Made by a program: the position numbers and the translations under genes. Positions 19,254-27,661 of a stretch of 64,000 nt of DNA are shown piece by piece (the first letter of the stretch is position 1; the number at the start of each line of letters is the position of its first letter). Below the pieces are notes generated by a model. The model saw only the letters and a program-made list of their open reading frames with translations, did no database searches and was not told the DNA's origin. This stretch comes from an uncultured Leptospiraceae bacterium (GTDB taxonomy: Bacteria > Spirochaetota > UBA4802 > UB4802), in the NCBI GenBank assembly GCA_964345775.1, contig CAYFSO010000004.1:9141-73140 (forward strand), given 5' to 3'.

Positions 19254-19813
19254 CACGACTCTTCATCGCCCTTCCCATCGATGAGGATATCCGCACAAGG
19301 CTTTTACCGCTGCACCAGTTCTTTACGGGATGCACACAAACCATAAAGCCGGTTCATCCCGACCATTTCCATATCACCATGAAGTTCATGGGCGAATGCG
19401 AAGGGAATACCGCACGTTCTATTGAGTCCGCCTTCATGGATATCCCCCTTTCCGGGACGGCCATGGATTATACAGTAAAAGGTATAGGGATGTTCCCAAA
19501 TGAGAAAAAGCCTTCCGTAATATGGACCGGCATCCATACCGATCTTCCGCGGATCAGGGAAATCTGGAAAGCAGTTGAAACATTTGCACTTGAATTCGGC
19601 ATTCCAGGGGAAAAACGTTCATTTATACCGCATCTTACCATTGCCCGGGTACGCAAAGGAATGAAGCTTACAGAAAAGATCCAACGACACCTTAAGGAAT
19701 ACAGCGATACCGTATTCGGCTCCTCCCGGTTCACCACACTTCGGCTGTATAGATCAAAACTCACACCGAAAGGACCGGAATACACCGTCTTGAAAGAATT
19801 GAACATGGAATAG
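19250..19813 (+). CDS. thpR: RNA 2',3'-cyclic phosphodiesterase (2H phosphoesterase, LigT/ThpR)
   Basis: 187 aa. Carries the two H-x-T/S-x motifs (HITMKFMG and HLTIARV). 4-nt overlap with gatC. Confidence 0.8.
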   Translation: MTRLFIALPIDEDIRTRLLPLHQFFTGCTQTIKPVHPDHFHITMKFMGECEGNTARSIESAFMDIPLSGTAMDYTVKGIGMFPNEKKPSVIWTGIHTDLPRIREIWKAVETFALEFGIPGEKRSFIPHLTIARVRKGMKLTEKIQRHLKEYSDTVFGSSRFTTLRLYRSKLTPKGPEYTVLKELNME

Positions 19814-19835
19814 ATCTAACATTAAAAAAATGCGT

Positions 19836-19870
19836 AAAAGGCACAGGTGAAAATCCTGTGCCTTTTATTG
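19836..19870. terminator. Bidirectional rho-independent terminator between convergent thpR and the FGGY kinase gene
   Basis: Stem AAAAGGCACAGG / CCTGTGCCTTTT with a 7-nt loop. It is flanked by an A-run on the left and a T-run on the right. Confidence 0.7.
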
Positions 19871-19884
19871 TGATCATCTTCAGG

Positions 19885-21471
19885 TTATCTTTTTGGCGGA
19901 TACCCGGTTGTTTTCCTGATATCCTCGTATAACGGTTTCAATCGCTTGTACATCTTCAGGTATACATCGTTATAAAGTGAGTCGTAGATCTCAACATTTT
20001 TCGGTACGGGTTCATATACTTTTCCCACTGATGTCATGCTGTCAACGGCAGACTGAAAATTATTGTAATACTTGAGCCCGACCGCCGCATCGATGGCTGC
20101 ACCAAGTGCAGACGTCTCGTTTGTATGGGGACGTTCCGTGGGAAGGTTGAATATGTCAGCCGTCAACTGCATGGCAGCATTACTCTGAGATCCACCACCC
20201 GAAACACGCAGTTTCTCTATATTAACCTTGTTTCGTTTTTCCGTTCGTTCCGCACCCTCCTTGAGGGCGTAGGCCAGTCCTTCAAGGATCGCCCTGTAAA
20301 TATGCACCCTGGTATGCACGTCACCAAAGCCGATGATGGCGCCCTTGGCCTCCGGTCCCGGTACCTTCACACCCGGTGACCAGTAAGGCTGCAGAGTCAG
20401 CCCCATGGATCCTGGAGGAATATCCTCAACCAGCTGGTCGAACAGGGCTTCAGGTTTAATTCCCTTCTTCTTTGCAATGAGCTCTTCCCTGTGCCCAAAC
20501 TCCTGTGTAAACCAGCTGAGCATCCAGTAGCCGCGGTATATCATCACCTCGGTATTATAGGCACCCGGAACAGCACTTGGATACGGAGGAAAGAATGGGA
20601 CGATCTCCACGTATTCTGTATTTGTCGTCTCAATGGTGGCCGTTGTTCCATAACTCAGGCAGGCTATCTCCGGCGTAAGACATCCAGATCCCAGCACTTC
20701 GCATGCCTTGTCTGCCGCGGCCGCGATCATCGGGAGCCCCGATGGAATACCAGTCTGCCTTGCGGCTTTTTTGGTAATATACCCAAGTAGCTCGGAAGGC
20801 TGCACAACAGAAGCCAGTACTGATTCATCCATGGGGAAGAGTTTCCACTTGAGATCAGACTTTTTAGCCCAGGACTGGTTCTTGTAATCGAATGGAACAA
20901 AACCAACCTGGTTGGCGGTTGAGTCCATGTACTCACCGGTTAGCCTGTGGGTAAAGAAACCGGACAGGAACAGGAACTTATGCGTCTTTTCCCAGACATC
21001 AGGCTGGTTTTGCCTGATCCAGTTTGCTTCAGACTCGGTGATAAAATACTCCACCGCTTCCTGCATATTGATAGCCTTCAATGCAAGTTTCAGGTAGCCG
21101 GGAAGTGAAACGATCTCCTTATCTGCCCTGCGCTGATCAAGCCAGACAATAGCCGGACGAAGCGGTTTTCCGTCCCTGTCAACATTGATCATGGTGTCCC
21201 GCTGCGTGGTCAGGGTTACTCCCTTGATCGCCTCTTTGGGAATAGTTGTATCTTTCATTAGTTTTTTACAGGTAGCGCAGAGGGTTTTCCAGTAATATTC
21301 AGGATCCTGCTCTGCCCAGCCTGGATTCTCTGAAAAATATGGCTCAATGGGTGTCTTGACAATATCGAGCATGTTACCATTCAGGTCAACGAGGATAGCC
21401 CGTATTGACTGGGTGCCGGCATCAATGGCCAGTATACAATCTTCAACTTTTTTCGTTTTTTTCTTTGCCAT
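19885..21471 (-). CDS. FGGY-family carbohydrate kinase (substrate unassigned)
   Basis: 528 aa. N-terminal ILAIDAGTQSIRAILVD and C-terminal VSGGGSQSNAAMQLTADIFNLP are FGGY signatures. Confidence 0.8.
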   Translation of the reverse strand: MAKKKTKKVEDCILAIDAGTQSIRAILVDLNGNMLDIVKTPIEPYFSENPGWAEQDPEYYWKTLCATCKKLMKDTTIPKEAIKGVTLTTQRDTMINVDRDGKPLRPAIVWLDQRRADKEIVSLPGYLKLALKAINMQEAVEYFITESEANWIRQNQPDVWEKTHKFLFLSGFFTHRLTGEYMDSTANQVGFVPFDYKNQSWAKKSDLKWKLFPMDESVLASVVQPSELLGYITKKAARQTGIPSGLPMIAAAADKACEVLGSGCLTPEIACLSYGTTATIETTNTEYVEIVPFFPPYPSAVPGAYNTEVMIYRGYWMLSWFTQEFGHREELIAKKKGIKPEALFDQLVEDIPPGSMGLTLQPYWSPGVKVPGPEAKGAIIGFGDVHTRVHIYRAILEGLAYALKEGAERTEKRNKVNIEKLRVSGGGSQSNAAMQLTADIFNLPTERPHTNETSALGAAIDAAVGLKYYNNFQSAVDSMTSVGKVYEPVPKNVEIYDSLYNDVYLKMYKRLKPLYEDIRKTTGYPPKR

Positions 21472-21723
21472 GAAAGCCTCCTGAGGAATAGTTATGTTCG
21501 TTATATATGAAGATTAACATGTTCAAAAAAGTGATTGATGTTCTTTTACTATTATTCAAGTATACCGTCAAACAGTCTTTTTTGCCATTATTTTTATGAA
21601 CAATATTATGGTTCGATCTCTAATTTTCAAATGAAAAAATTGCACCCATCTGAAATTGCAAAAAAATTGTTACCTATGATAGTGCAGTATATGTTACAGT
21701 AAAAAAACCAGGAGTGAATCGAA

Positions 21724-22485
21724 GTGAATTATATACTTGAAAAACCCCGGCAGGTGGCCGAAGACCATATACTGCTTACAATCCAGTCAGATTTTACCGA
21801 ATCAAGTCCCGGTCAATTTGTCAATATTCGTACAACTGCAGGCTCTGACCCCCTCATCAGGCGCCCCTTTTCCATTTTCAACCAGGATAATTCAACCATC
21901 GAACTCGTCATAAAGGTCATAGGCAGGGGCACACAACTTCTCTCCCGTGTCGAGGAAGGACCGGTTGACATGCTTGCGCCACTGGGAAAAGGATTTACAA
22001 CTATTAACGGCGGTCATGCCCTGCTCGTTGGCGGCGGTGTTGGGAACGCTCCCCTGTTCTACCTTGCACGAAAACTCAGGCAGGCCGGCAGCAGGGTGAC
22101 TTTGCTGTACGGTGCTCGATCTGAAGAGTTTATCTACCTGGAGGAACGGTACCGTGAAGAGGTGGACCAGCTGATAATAGCAACAGATGACGGGAGCAGG
22201 GGCAAGAAAGGTTTTGTCACCACCTTCGCCGAGGAAATTCTTCTTGATACCCCGAAGGTGGACATGGTATACACCTGCGGCCCCACCCCCATGATGTGGT
22301 CCGTTACCACGTTTTGCAGACACATGAAGATACCGGTTGAAGCTTCTCTTGAAAATTACTTCGGGTGCGGCATAGGCCTGTGCTCCGGGTGCACAGTCGA
22401 AACATCTGGAGGACAGAAACGGGCCTGCGTTGATGGCCCTGTCATGGATGGTGCATCCATATTATGGGAATCGGTGCAAGACTAA
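21724..22485 (+). CDS. PyrK-like FAD/[2Fe-2S] electron-transfer subunit (dihydroorotate dehydrogenase B type), no pyrD adjacent
   Basis: 253 aa, GTG start preceded by AGGAG. FNR-like fold (RRPFSI, LVGGGVGNAPL). C-terminal cluster motif FGCGIGLCSGCTVE...ACVDGP. Confidence 0.7.
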   Translation: MNYILEKPRQVAEDHILLTIQSDFTESSPGQFVNIRTTAGSDPLIRRPFSIFNQDNSTIELVIKVIGRGTQLLSRVEEGPVDMLAPLGKGFTTINGGHALLVGGGVGNAPLFYLARKLRQAGSRVTLLYGARSEEFIYLEERYREEVDQLIIATDDGSRGKKGFVTTFAEEILLDTPKVDMVYTCGPTPMMWSVTTFCRHMKIPVEASLENYFGCGIGLCSGCTVETSGGQKRACVDGPVMDGASILWESVQD

Positions 22486-22504
22486 CGTACATGGTCCTGG
22501 CCGC

Positions 22505-25069
22505 TTAAAATCCCTCATCATCTAATAGATCAGATCCGATTCCGTCGTAGGGGTCCTTTGATTTATCTTTCATGATACTTTTCATGATGTCCTCTTTCTG
22601 ATCCCGCGAGATGTTATCACGCGGTCCCTTTGAGACCATGTCAAGCCCCGGTTTGATATGCTGGCAGCGCTCACATTCGGCCGCCGGCACCGTTCCCGGC
22701 ACGAATACTTCTTCGATCACCTGGCCACAGTACATTGAAGGAAGCAGGCCGGTATTTGCACATACCCGTGCACTTTCAAGGCTGGCATACCCGGGAAATG
22801 ACAGCACGGGCTCATTGCTCATGGCCTTACCCATGTATCTTCCCCACAACGGAGCCACAACCGCGCCCCCTGACTGGTTGATCCCCAGCGACAGGCCCTG
22901 ACCATCATACCCCATCCAGATACCTGTCACCAGCTGCGGGGCAAAGCCCACGAACCAGGCATCACGCCAGTTATTGGTGGTTCCCGTTTTACCACATGCG
23001 GGTCTTCCAAATGAGGCGGCCTTTCCAGTTCCCGCGTCTATCACTGTTCTGAGCATGCTGATCATCACCTGCGCGGTAGCCGGCTTGATAACCTGTATAC
23101 GCCCACTCTTTTGCTGTTCTTCAAGGGAAGCACGAATTTCTTTCTCAGGGTTATATATGACCTTTCCAGTCCTGTCCTTCACATGACGGATACTGATGGG
23201 AATGACATTCTTACCTCCATTGGCAATGATGGCATAGGCCCGTGAAAGTTCAAATGGACTTACCTCGAAAGAACCGAGTGCAACAGAGAGATTGCGGGGG
23301 ATCCTGTTATCAATTTCCGCCTCGTTCATACGCAATAATTTTCCAAGGAAATTGCGTATGTAATCTATACCCAGCGTATCAGAGATCCTTATGGAGATCA
23401 CGTTTATTGAAAGTGCAAGGGCCCTTCGCAACCGCACCATGCCATAATATTCACCCTCATAATTCTCCGGTATCCAGTCACCCCCTTCACTGTCAAGGTA
23501 CACAAGGGGCGAATCAAGAATAGCCGAAGCGGGAGTAAATTTTCCCGATTCCATTGCAGCAGCATACAGCAGGGGTTTTATGGCGGATCCGGGCTGCCTT
23601 TTTGACTGCATGACCCTGTTTAACTGGTTGTTCGAGGTGAAAGGGCTGCCTCCCACAAGTGCCTCTATGTATCCATTTTTTGGATTAATTGAGATCAGGC
23701 ACCCTTCAACGTTCACCAGGTTCTTGTCGTCGTAATATTGCTGGTGGTAATCATACAGCAAATCACCTACCGGCTTAATACCCGTAACATGGTTCAGCAT
23801 TTCCATCTGGTCAATCAGCGATTTTTGCAGGTAATCGTTGATCTTCTTGTCCTGTCGTGAGCCTGCACTTTTATAAGGAGGAGTGTCAAAGAGCAGCGAC
23901 GTTAGTGAGATGATATGTGAAAAACTATCAGATATGTAATCCCCCTTGCGAAATGCAAGGCTCCTTGACGTGGAACTCTGCCGCTCAAGTGCATTGAACA
24001 GCTCCTGTTGTGCAGCCCGTTGCTTTTTCACGTCAAGGGTGGTATGTACCTCAAGCCCGTCTTCGTATACCTTCTCCTCGCCGAAACGGTTTACCAGTTT
24101 TCGCCGTATATACTCGGTAAACCAGGGAGCATGGTCTACCCTGGATGACCAGGTACTCATGGATGGAGGCAGTTCGTTTATGTAGTTAAGGTAATCGGGC
24201 CAGAAATCCAGGTACGCCTGTTCTGCATCTTTTATGGATACAAATCCCAGGTCTACCATCCTCGCAAGTACCGCTTTATGACGTTGCATGGCACGCTTGG
24301 GATGCTTTATTGGTGAAAAGCGATTGGGTGCGGCCGGCAATATGGCTAACAGTGAAGACTCGGCCAGGTTCAGGTCTTTCACGTGCTTGTTGTAGTACAA
24401 GAGGGAAGCCGACTCAACGCCGTAGGTACCATGCCCCAGGAATATCTGGTTCAGGTACAACCCCATTATTTCGTCCTTTGTATAGAACATTTCCATCATG
24501 AGGGCTATGAACGCCTCTTTCACCTTCCTGTAGATGGTCCGTTCACGGGATGTCATCAGTATCTTTGATAACTGCTGGGTGATGGTGCTGCCACCCTGCT
24601 TTATACTTCCCGAAAAGATGTTAATGAAAAAAGCCCTGACAATACCCTTTGGGTTGATACCGAAATGTTCATAAAATTCACTGTCTTCTATTGAAAGAAA
24701 AGCATGCACAACATGGTCCGGAATTGACTCAAGACGGACTATTTCACGCTTCTGCCTGAAAAGTTCCGAGACCAGAAGCCCGTTTTTATCATAGATCTTC
24801 GTGGTTACCCTGGGAGTAAAGCTGGCAAGGGCTTTCACCTTGTAGAAATCGGATATGAGAATGACCATGAAGGCGATCAGCATCCCCCCTATAACACCAA
24901 GTACCAGCGGTTTCGCGTACCTGAATCGCATGAAAAAGGTATCAAACCATGAAGCTATCCCTGAAAAGATCTCCGGAACATGGAATGATGATCCTGATCT
25001 GCCTCCACCAGAAGGTGACGGAGCACCCGGAAGATGCAGCCTTGTTTTATTTCCTGAATATTTTGCCAT
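22505..25069 (-). CDS. mrcA: Bifunctional class A penicillin-binding protein (PBP1A: glycosyltransferase + transpeptidase)
   Basis: 854 aa with an N-terminal TM anchor. GT51 motifs EDSEFYEHFGINPKGI and GGSTITQQL. Transpeptidase motifs SAIKP (SxxK) and KTGTT. Confidence 0.9.
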   Translation of the reverse strand: MAKYSGNKTRLHLPGAPSPSGGGRSGSSFHVPEIFSGIASWFDTFFMRFRYAKPLVLGVIGGMLIAFMVILISDFYKVKALASFTPRVTTKIYDKNGLLVSELFRQKREIVRLESIPDHVVHAFLSIEDSEFYEHFGINPKGIVRAFFINIFSGSIKQGGSTITQQLSKILMTSRERTIYRKVKEAFIALMMEMFYTKDEIMGLYLNQIFLGHGTYGVESASLLYYNKHVKDLNLAESSLLAILPAAPNRFSPIKHPKRAMQRHKAVLARMVDLGFVSIKDAEQAYLDFWPDYLNYINELPPSMSTWSSRVDHAPWFTEYIRRKLVNRFGEEKVYEDGLEVHTTLDVKKQRAAQQELFNALERQSSTSRSLAFRKGDYISDSFSHIISLTSLLFDTPPYKSAGSRQDKKINDYLQKSLIDQMEMLNHVTGIKPVGDLLYDYHQQYYDDKNLVNVEGCLISINPKNGYIEALVGGSPFTSNNQLNRVMQSKRQPGSAIKPLLYAAAMESGKFTPASAILDSPLVYLDSEGGDWIPENYEGEYYGMVRLRRALALSINVISIRISDTLGIDYIRNFLGKLLRMNEAEIDNRIPRNLSVALGSFEVSPFELSRAYAIIANGGKNVIPISIRHVKDRTGKVIYNPEKEIRASLEEQQKSGRIQVIKPATAQVMISMLRTVIDAGTGKAASFGRPACGKTGTTNNWRDAWFVGFAPQLVTGIWMGYDGQGLSLGINQSGGAVVAPLWGRYMGKAMSNEPVLSFPGYASLESARVCANTGLLPSMYCGQVIEEVFVPGTVPAAECERCQHIKPGLDMVSKGPRDNISRDQKEDIMKSIMKDKSKDPYDGIGSDLLDDEGF

Positions 25070-25170
25070 TTTAAACCCGGTTACAATTGGATTTCAGATA
25101 AGCCACAGATTGATACACACATCAAAGATGGTTCTACAATTAGAACATGGTGCAGAATTTCAACCAAAAA

Positions 25171-25197
25171 AATATTATACATTTTTGCTGCCGACAA
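25171..25197 (+). promoter_or_regulatory. Candidate sigma28 (FliA)-type promoter upstream of flaB
   Basis: GCCGACAA at 25190-25197 matches the sigma28 -10 consensus GCCGATAA at 7 of 8 positions. An A-rich AATA/AAAT sits about 15-16 nt upstream where TAAA is expected. It would give a leader of about 185 nt. Confidence 0.25.
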
Positions 25198-25383
25198 CAA
25201 TTTTTTGAAATCAATAGAAAATCAGTGATATGCGCACGTATTTTATAATAATACCTTGTATCCACGCATAACATCCTTCATTCGGTCTTATTCAAAATCT
25301 TAAAATGGTCGACCTACAAGACTGTAGTATAAGCATTTATGCTGGCTATCATGGAAGATAGCAAACTATTCAAGGAGGAAACC

Positions 25384-26232
25384 ATGATTATTAATCACAA
25401 CATCAGCGCCATCTTTGCTCACAGAACGTTGAAGTTCCATAACTGGTCGGTGAACAGCGACATGGAAAAGCTATCATCTGGTTTGCGAATCAACAAGGCC
25501 GGTGATGACGCGTCCGGTCTGGCTGTTTCGGAAAAGATGCGTTCACAGATCAAGGGGCTCAGGCAGGCTGAGAGAAATACCGAAGACGGTATGTCGATGA
25601 TCCAGACAGCGGAAGGGTACTTGCAGCAGGTACATGAAATACTGCAACGCGTCCGTGTTCTGGCAGTTCAATCTGCAAACGGTATCTACACGCCTGAAGA
25701 CAGGCAGCAGATCCAGGTTGAGATTTCCGAGCTGGTAGACGAAGTGGACAGGATCGCGTCACAGGCCGAGTTCAACAAGATGAAGCTTCTCACTGGCTCG
25801 TTCGCGAGGCTGAATCCAACTGCCTCAATGTGGTTCCACATGGGTCCCAACATGCATCAGCGTGAAAGGGTATTTATTGAAACCATGACTACCGCCGCCC
25901 TGGGGCTGAGGAATCCCACTGTACTCACGTTTATCTCCATCTCTACTCCCGGTAAGGCAAATGCCGTTATCGGTCTTGCAGATGAAGCGCTCAGACTTAT
26001 TTCAAAACAGCGTGCCGACCTGGGTGCCTATTACAACAGGCTTGAACATGCCGCAAAAGGCCTCATGAACGCTTACGAGAACATCCAGGCATCTGAAAGC
26101 CGTATCAGGGACGCCGACATGGCTGAAGAGATGGCAGAATTCACCAAGGACCAGATCCTTGTGCAATCAGCAACGGCAATGCTCGCGCAGGCAAATGCCA
26201 AATCCCAGACAGTGCTCCAGTTATTGCAATAA
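25384..26232 (+). CDS. flaB: Flagellar filament core protein, FlaB-class flagellin
   Basis: [16 protein letters not shown]...[40 protein letters not shown]...[15 protein letters not shown]...[25 protein letters not shown] 6 nt before the ATG at 25384. The track ORF begins 45 nt upstream at 25339 with no SD. Confidence 0.9.
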   Translation: MIINHNISAIFAHRTLKFHNWSVNSDMEKLSSGLRINKAGDDASGLAVSEKMRSQIKGLRQAERNTEDGMSMIQTAEGYLQQVHEILQRVRVLAVQSANGIYTPEDRQQIQVEISELVDEVDRIASQAEFNKMKLLTGSFARLNPTASMWFHMGPNMHQRERVFIETMTTAALGLRNPTVLTFISISTPGKANAVIGLADEALRLISKQRADLGAYYNRLEHAAKGLMNAYENIQASESRIRDADMAEEMAEFTKDQILVQSATAMLAQANAKSQTVLQLLQ

Positions 26233-26269
26233 ACTGGGCCAGCATCGCAGTACCATTCAAGAAATAAAA

Positions 26270-26301
26270 ATGCCGGGCACTCCCACCCGGCATTTTTTTT
26301 G
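26270..26301. terminator. Bidirectional rho-independent terminator between flaB and the convergent hydrolase gene
   Basis: Stem TGCCGGG / CCCGGCA with an 8-nt loop. A-run before the stem and an 8-T run after it. Confidence 0.75.
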
Positions 26302-26332
26302 TCCAAGAGTAAAAACTTTTCAAAAAATGTTG

Positions 26333-27421
26333 TTACTTTTTCGTAGTCTTTTTAGTTGATTTCTTTGTGGTTTTTTTAGCGGTTTTCTTCGCAGATCTGC
26401 CACTGCTCTTTTTCACAGATTTCCCCGTTGTCTTTTTCGTTGCGGCTTTTTTCGTTCCTTTCGAAGTTGCTTTCTTTGCTGTTTTCTTCGTAGTTTTCTT
26501 AGCCGTCTTTTTTGCTGCCTTTTTTCCTGAAGTTTTCTTTGCAGCACTCTTTTTCGATGCAGCTTTTTTCTTTCCTTTTGTATGATTTATGATCCATTTA
26601 CTTACCGCCTCAAGAACCTTTTTCCGGTCTTCCTGCAGTTCGTTCATAGTCTCATGGTACAGGTTTTCGAAAAGCAGGAGTTCCTTGTCCTTTGACTGGG
26701 CACGCTCGTATGCTATCTTACTTGAGTTGTAATCAACGAGCTGGTCAGATGTACCATGGAAAAACAATACCGGCATTTTCAGTTCTGATGCCCTGTTCAG
26801 GCATTCTTCACCGGTACTCATGAATTCGGTGAAAAAGCGCGGGGTCACCTTGTCATGCACAAGCGGATCCTCGTCGTACTTGCGAACTACCTCCCTGTCC
26901 CTTGAAATTGCATTTGAATCGAGTCCGGAAGCCATTGTAACTGAGGGCAGTTTTGAAGATAGAAAATTACCAAGCTTTTCTTTCCATCCCGGAACCCTAA
27001 CCGCCGGTATGAAGCCAGGGCTGGAAAGCACAAGGGCGTCAATATCAGCTGGATGGGTCAATGCGTACTTGCATGCCACCACGCCACCCATTGAATGTCC
27101 CAGAATTGTAAGCGGCTTGCCAGGCTGGCGATCCCTGATCATGTTTATGAAGATCTTAAAGTCATAGATATAATCCATGAAACTGTCCACATGTCCCTTT
27201 TTACCACCCGATCGGCCAAAACCGCGATGATCCAGCGCGTATACTGATATACCCTTCCCTTCCAGGGCATTCACTATGTTCTCATAACGGGAAGAATGCT
27301 CTCCCAGGCCATGAGCTATAACAAGCAAGCCCCTGGGATCGGGCGCATTCCACACCTGGAAAAATATTTCGGCTCCGCTTTTCCCGATAAACGTACCAGT
27401 ACTGTGATCAAACTTTTTCAT
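26333..27421 (-). CDS. Alpha/beta hydrolase (monoacylglycerol lipase / lysophospholipase-like) with histone-H1-like Lys/Ala/Thr-rich C-terminal tail
   Basis: 362 aa. HGLGEHSSRY, nucleophile elbow GHSMGG, FFHGTSDQLV, LYHE. The last ~80 aa read KKAASKKSAAKKTSGKKAAKKTAKKTTKKTAKKATSKGTKKAATKKTTGKSVKKSSGRSAKKTAKKTTKKSTKKTTKK. Confidence 0.8.
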   Translation of the reverse strand: MKKFDHSTGTFIGKSGAEIFFQVWNAPDPRGLLVIAHGLGEHSSRYENIVNALEGKGISVYALDHRGFGRSGGKKGHVDSFMDYIYDFKIFINMIRDRQPGKPLTILGHSMGGVVACKYALTHPADIDALVLSSPGFIPAVRVPGWKEKLGNFLSSKLPSVTMASGLDSNAISRDREVVRKYDEDPLVHDKVTPRFFTEFMSTGEECLNRASELKMPVLFFHGTSDQLVDYNSSKIAYERAQSKDKELLLFENLYHETMNELQEDRKKVLEAVSKWIINHTKGKKKAASKKSAAKKTSGKKAAKKTAKKTTKKTAKKATSKGTKKAATKKTTGKSVKKSSGRSAKKTAKKTTKKSTKKTTKK

Positions 27422-27661
27422 TACTACACCTCTTCACATGGAAATAATTATTATTTTCAATTTTGGGAATAAGTCAATTATATCTCGTACCATACATTAT
27501 TTATTGTATTCCCATTTTCGCTTAATGATAATACTGTGTATAAAAATCATTTCAAGTAGAAAAATTTGCAAACAGAAAAAACGAGTTCGTTCATTCATTT
27601 TGATCCTTGTACAGGATATATTACACAAATGAAGTAGACTTGACGCATACAATTTTATTTC

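Noticed and set aside
21472-21723. I checked the 252-nt AT-rich spacer upstream of the PyrK-like gene for a PyrR-type attenuator or riboswitch. It contains the repeated AAATTGCA motif and a 26-codon hydrophobic mini-ORF (MFKKVIDVLLLLFKYTVKQSFLPLFL).
   Set aside because: There is no PyrR binding loop (ARUCCAGAGAGGYU) and no terminator/antiterminator pair. The mini-ORF has no SD. The spacer most likely holds only divergent promoters.
26367-26585. A Phe-rich 72-aa + strand ORF (MVFLAVFFADLPLLFF...).
   Set aside because: It is the mirror image of the AAA/AAG-rich lysine tail of the hydrolase gene on the minus strand, so it is a compositional artefact.
27422-27661. An AT-rich 240-nt gap containing ORF 27438-27632 (MEIIIIFNFGNKSII...).
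   Set aside because: It has no SD and an Ile/Lys/Phe-rich composition that reflects AT-rich intergenic DNA. The gap most likely holds the hydrolase promoter and the hybrid-kinase terminator region. I could not define either convincingly.
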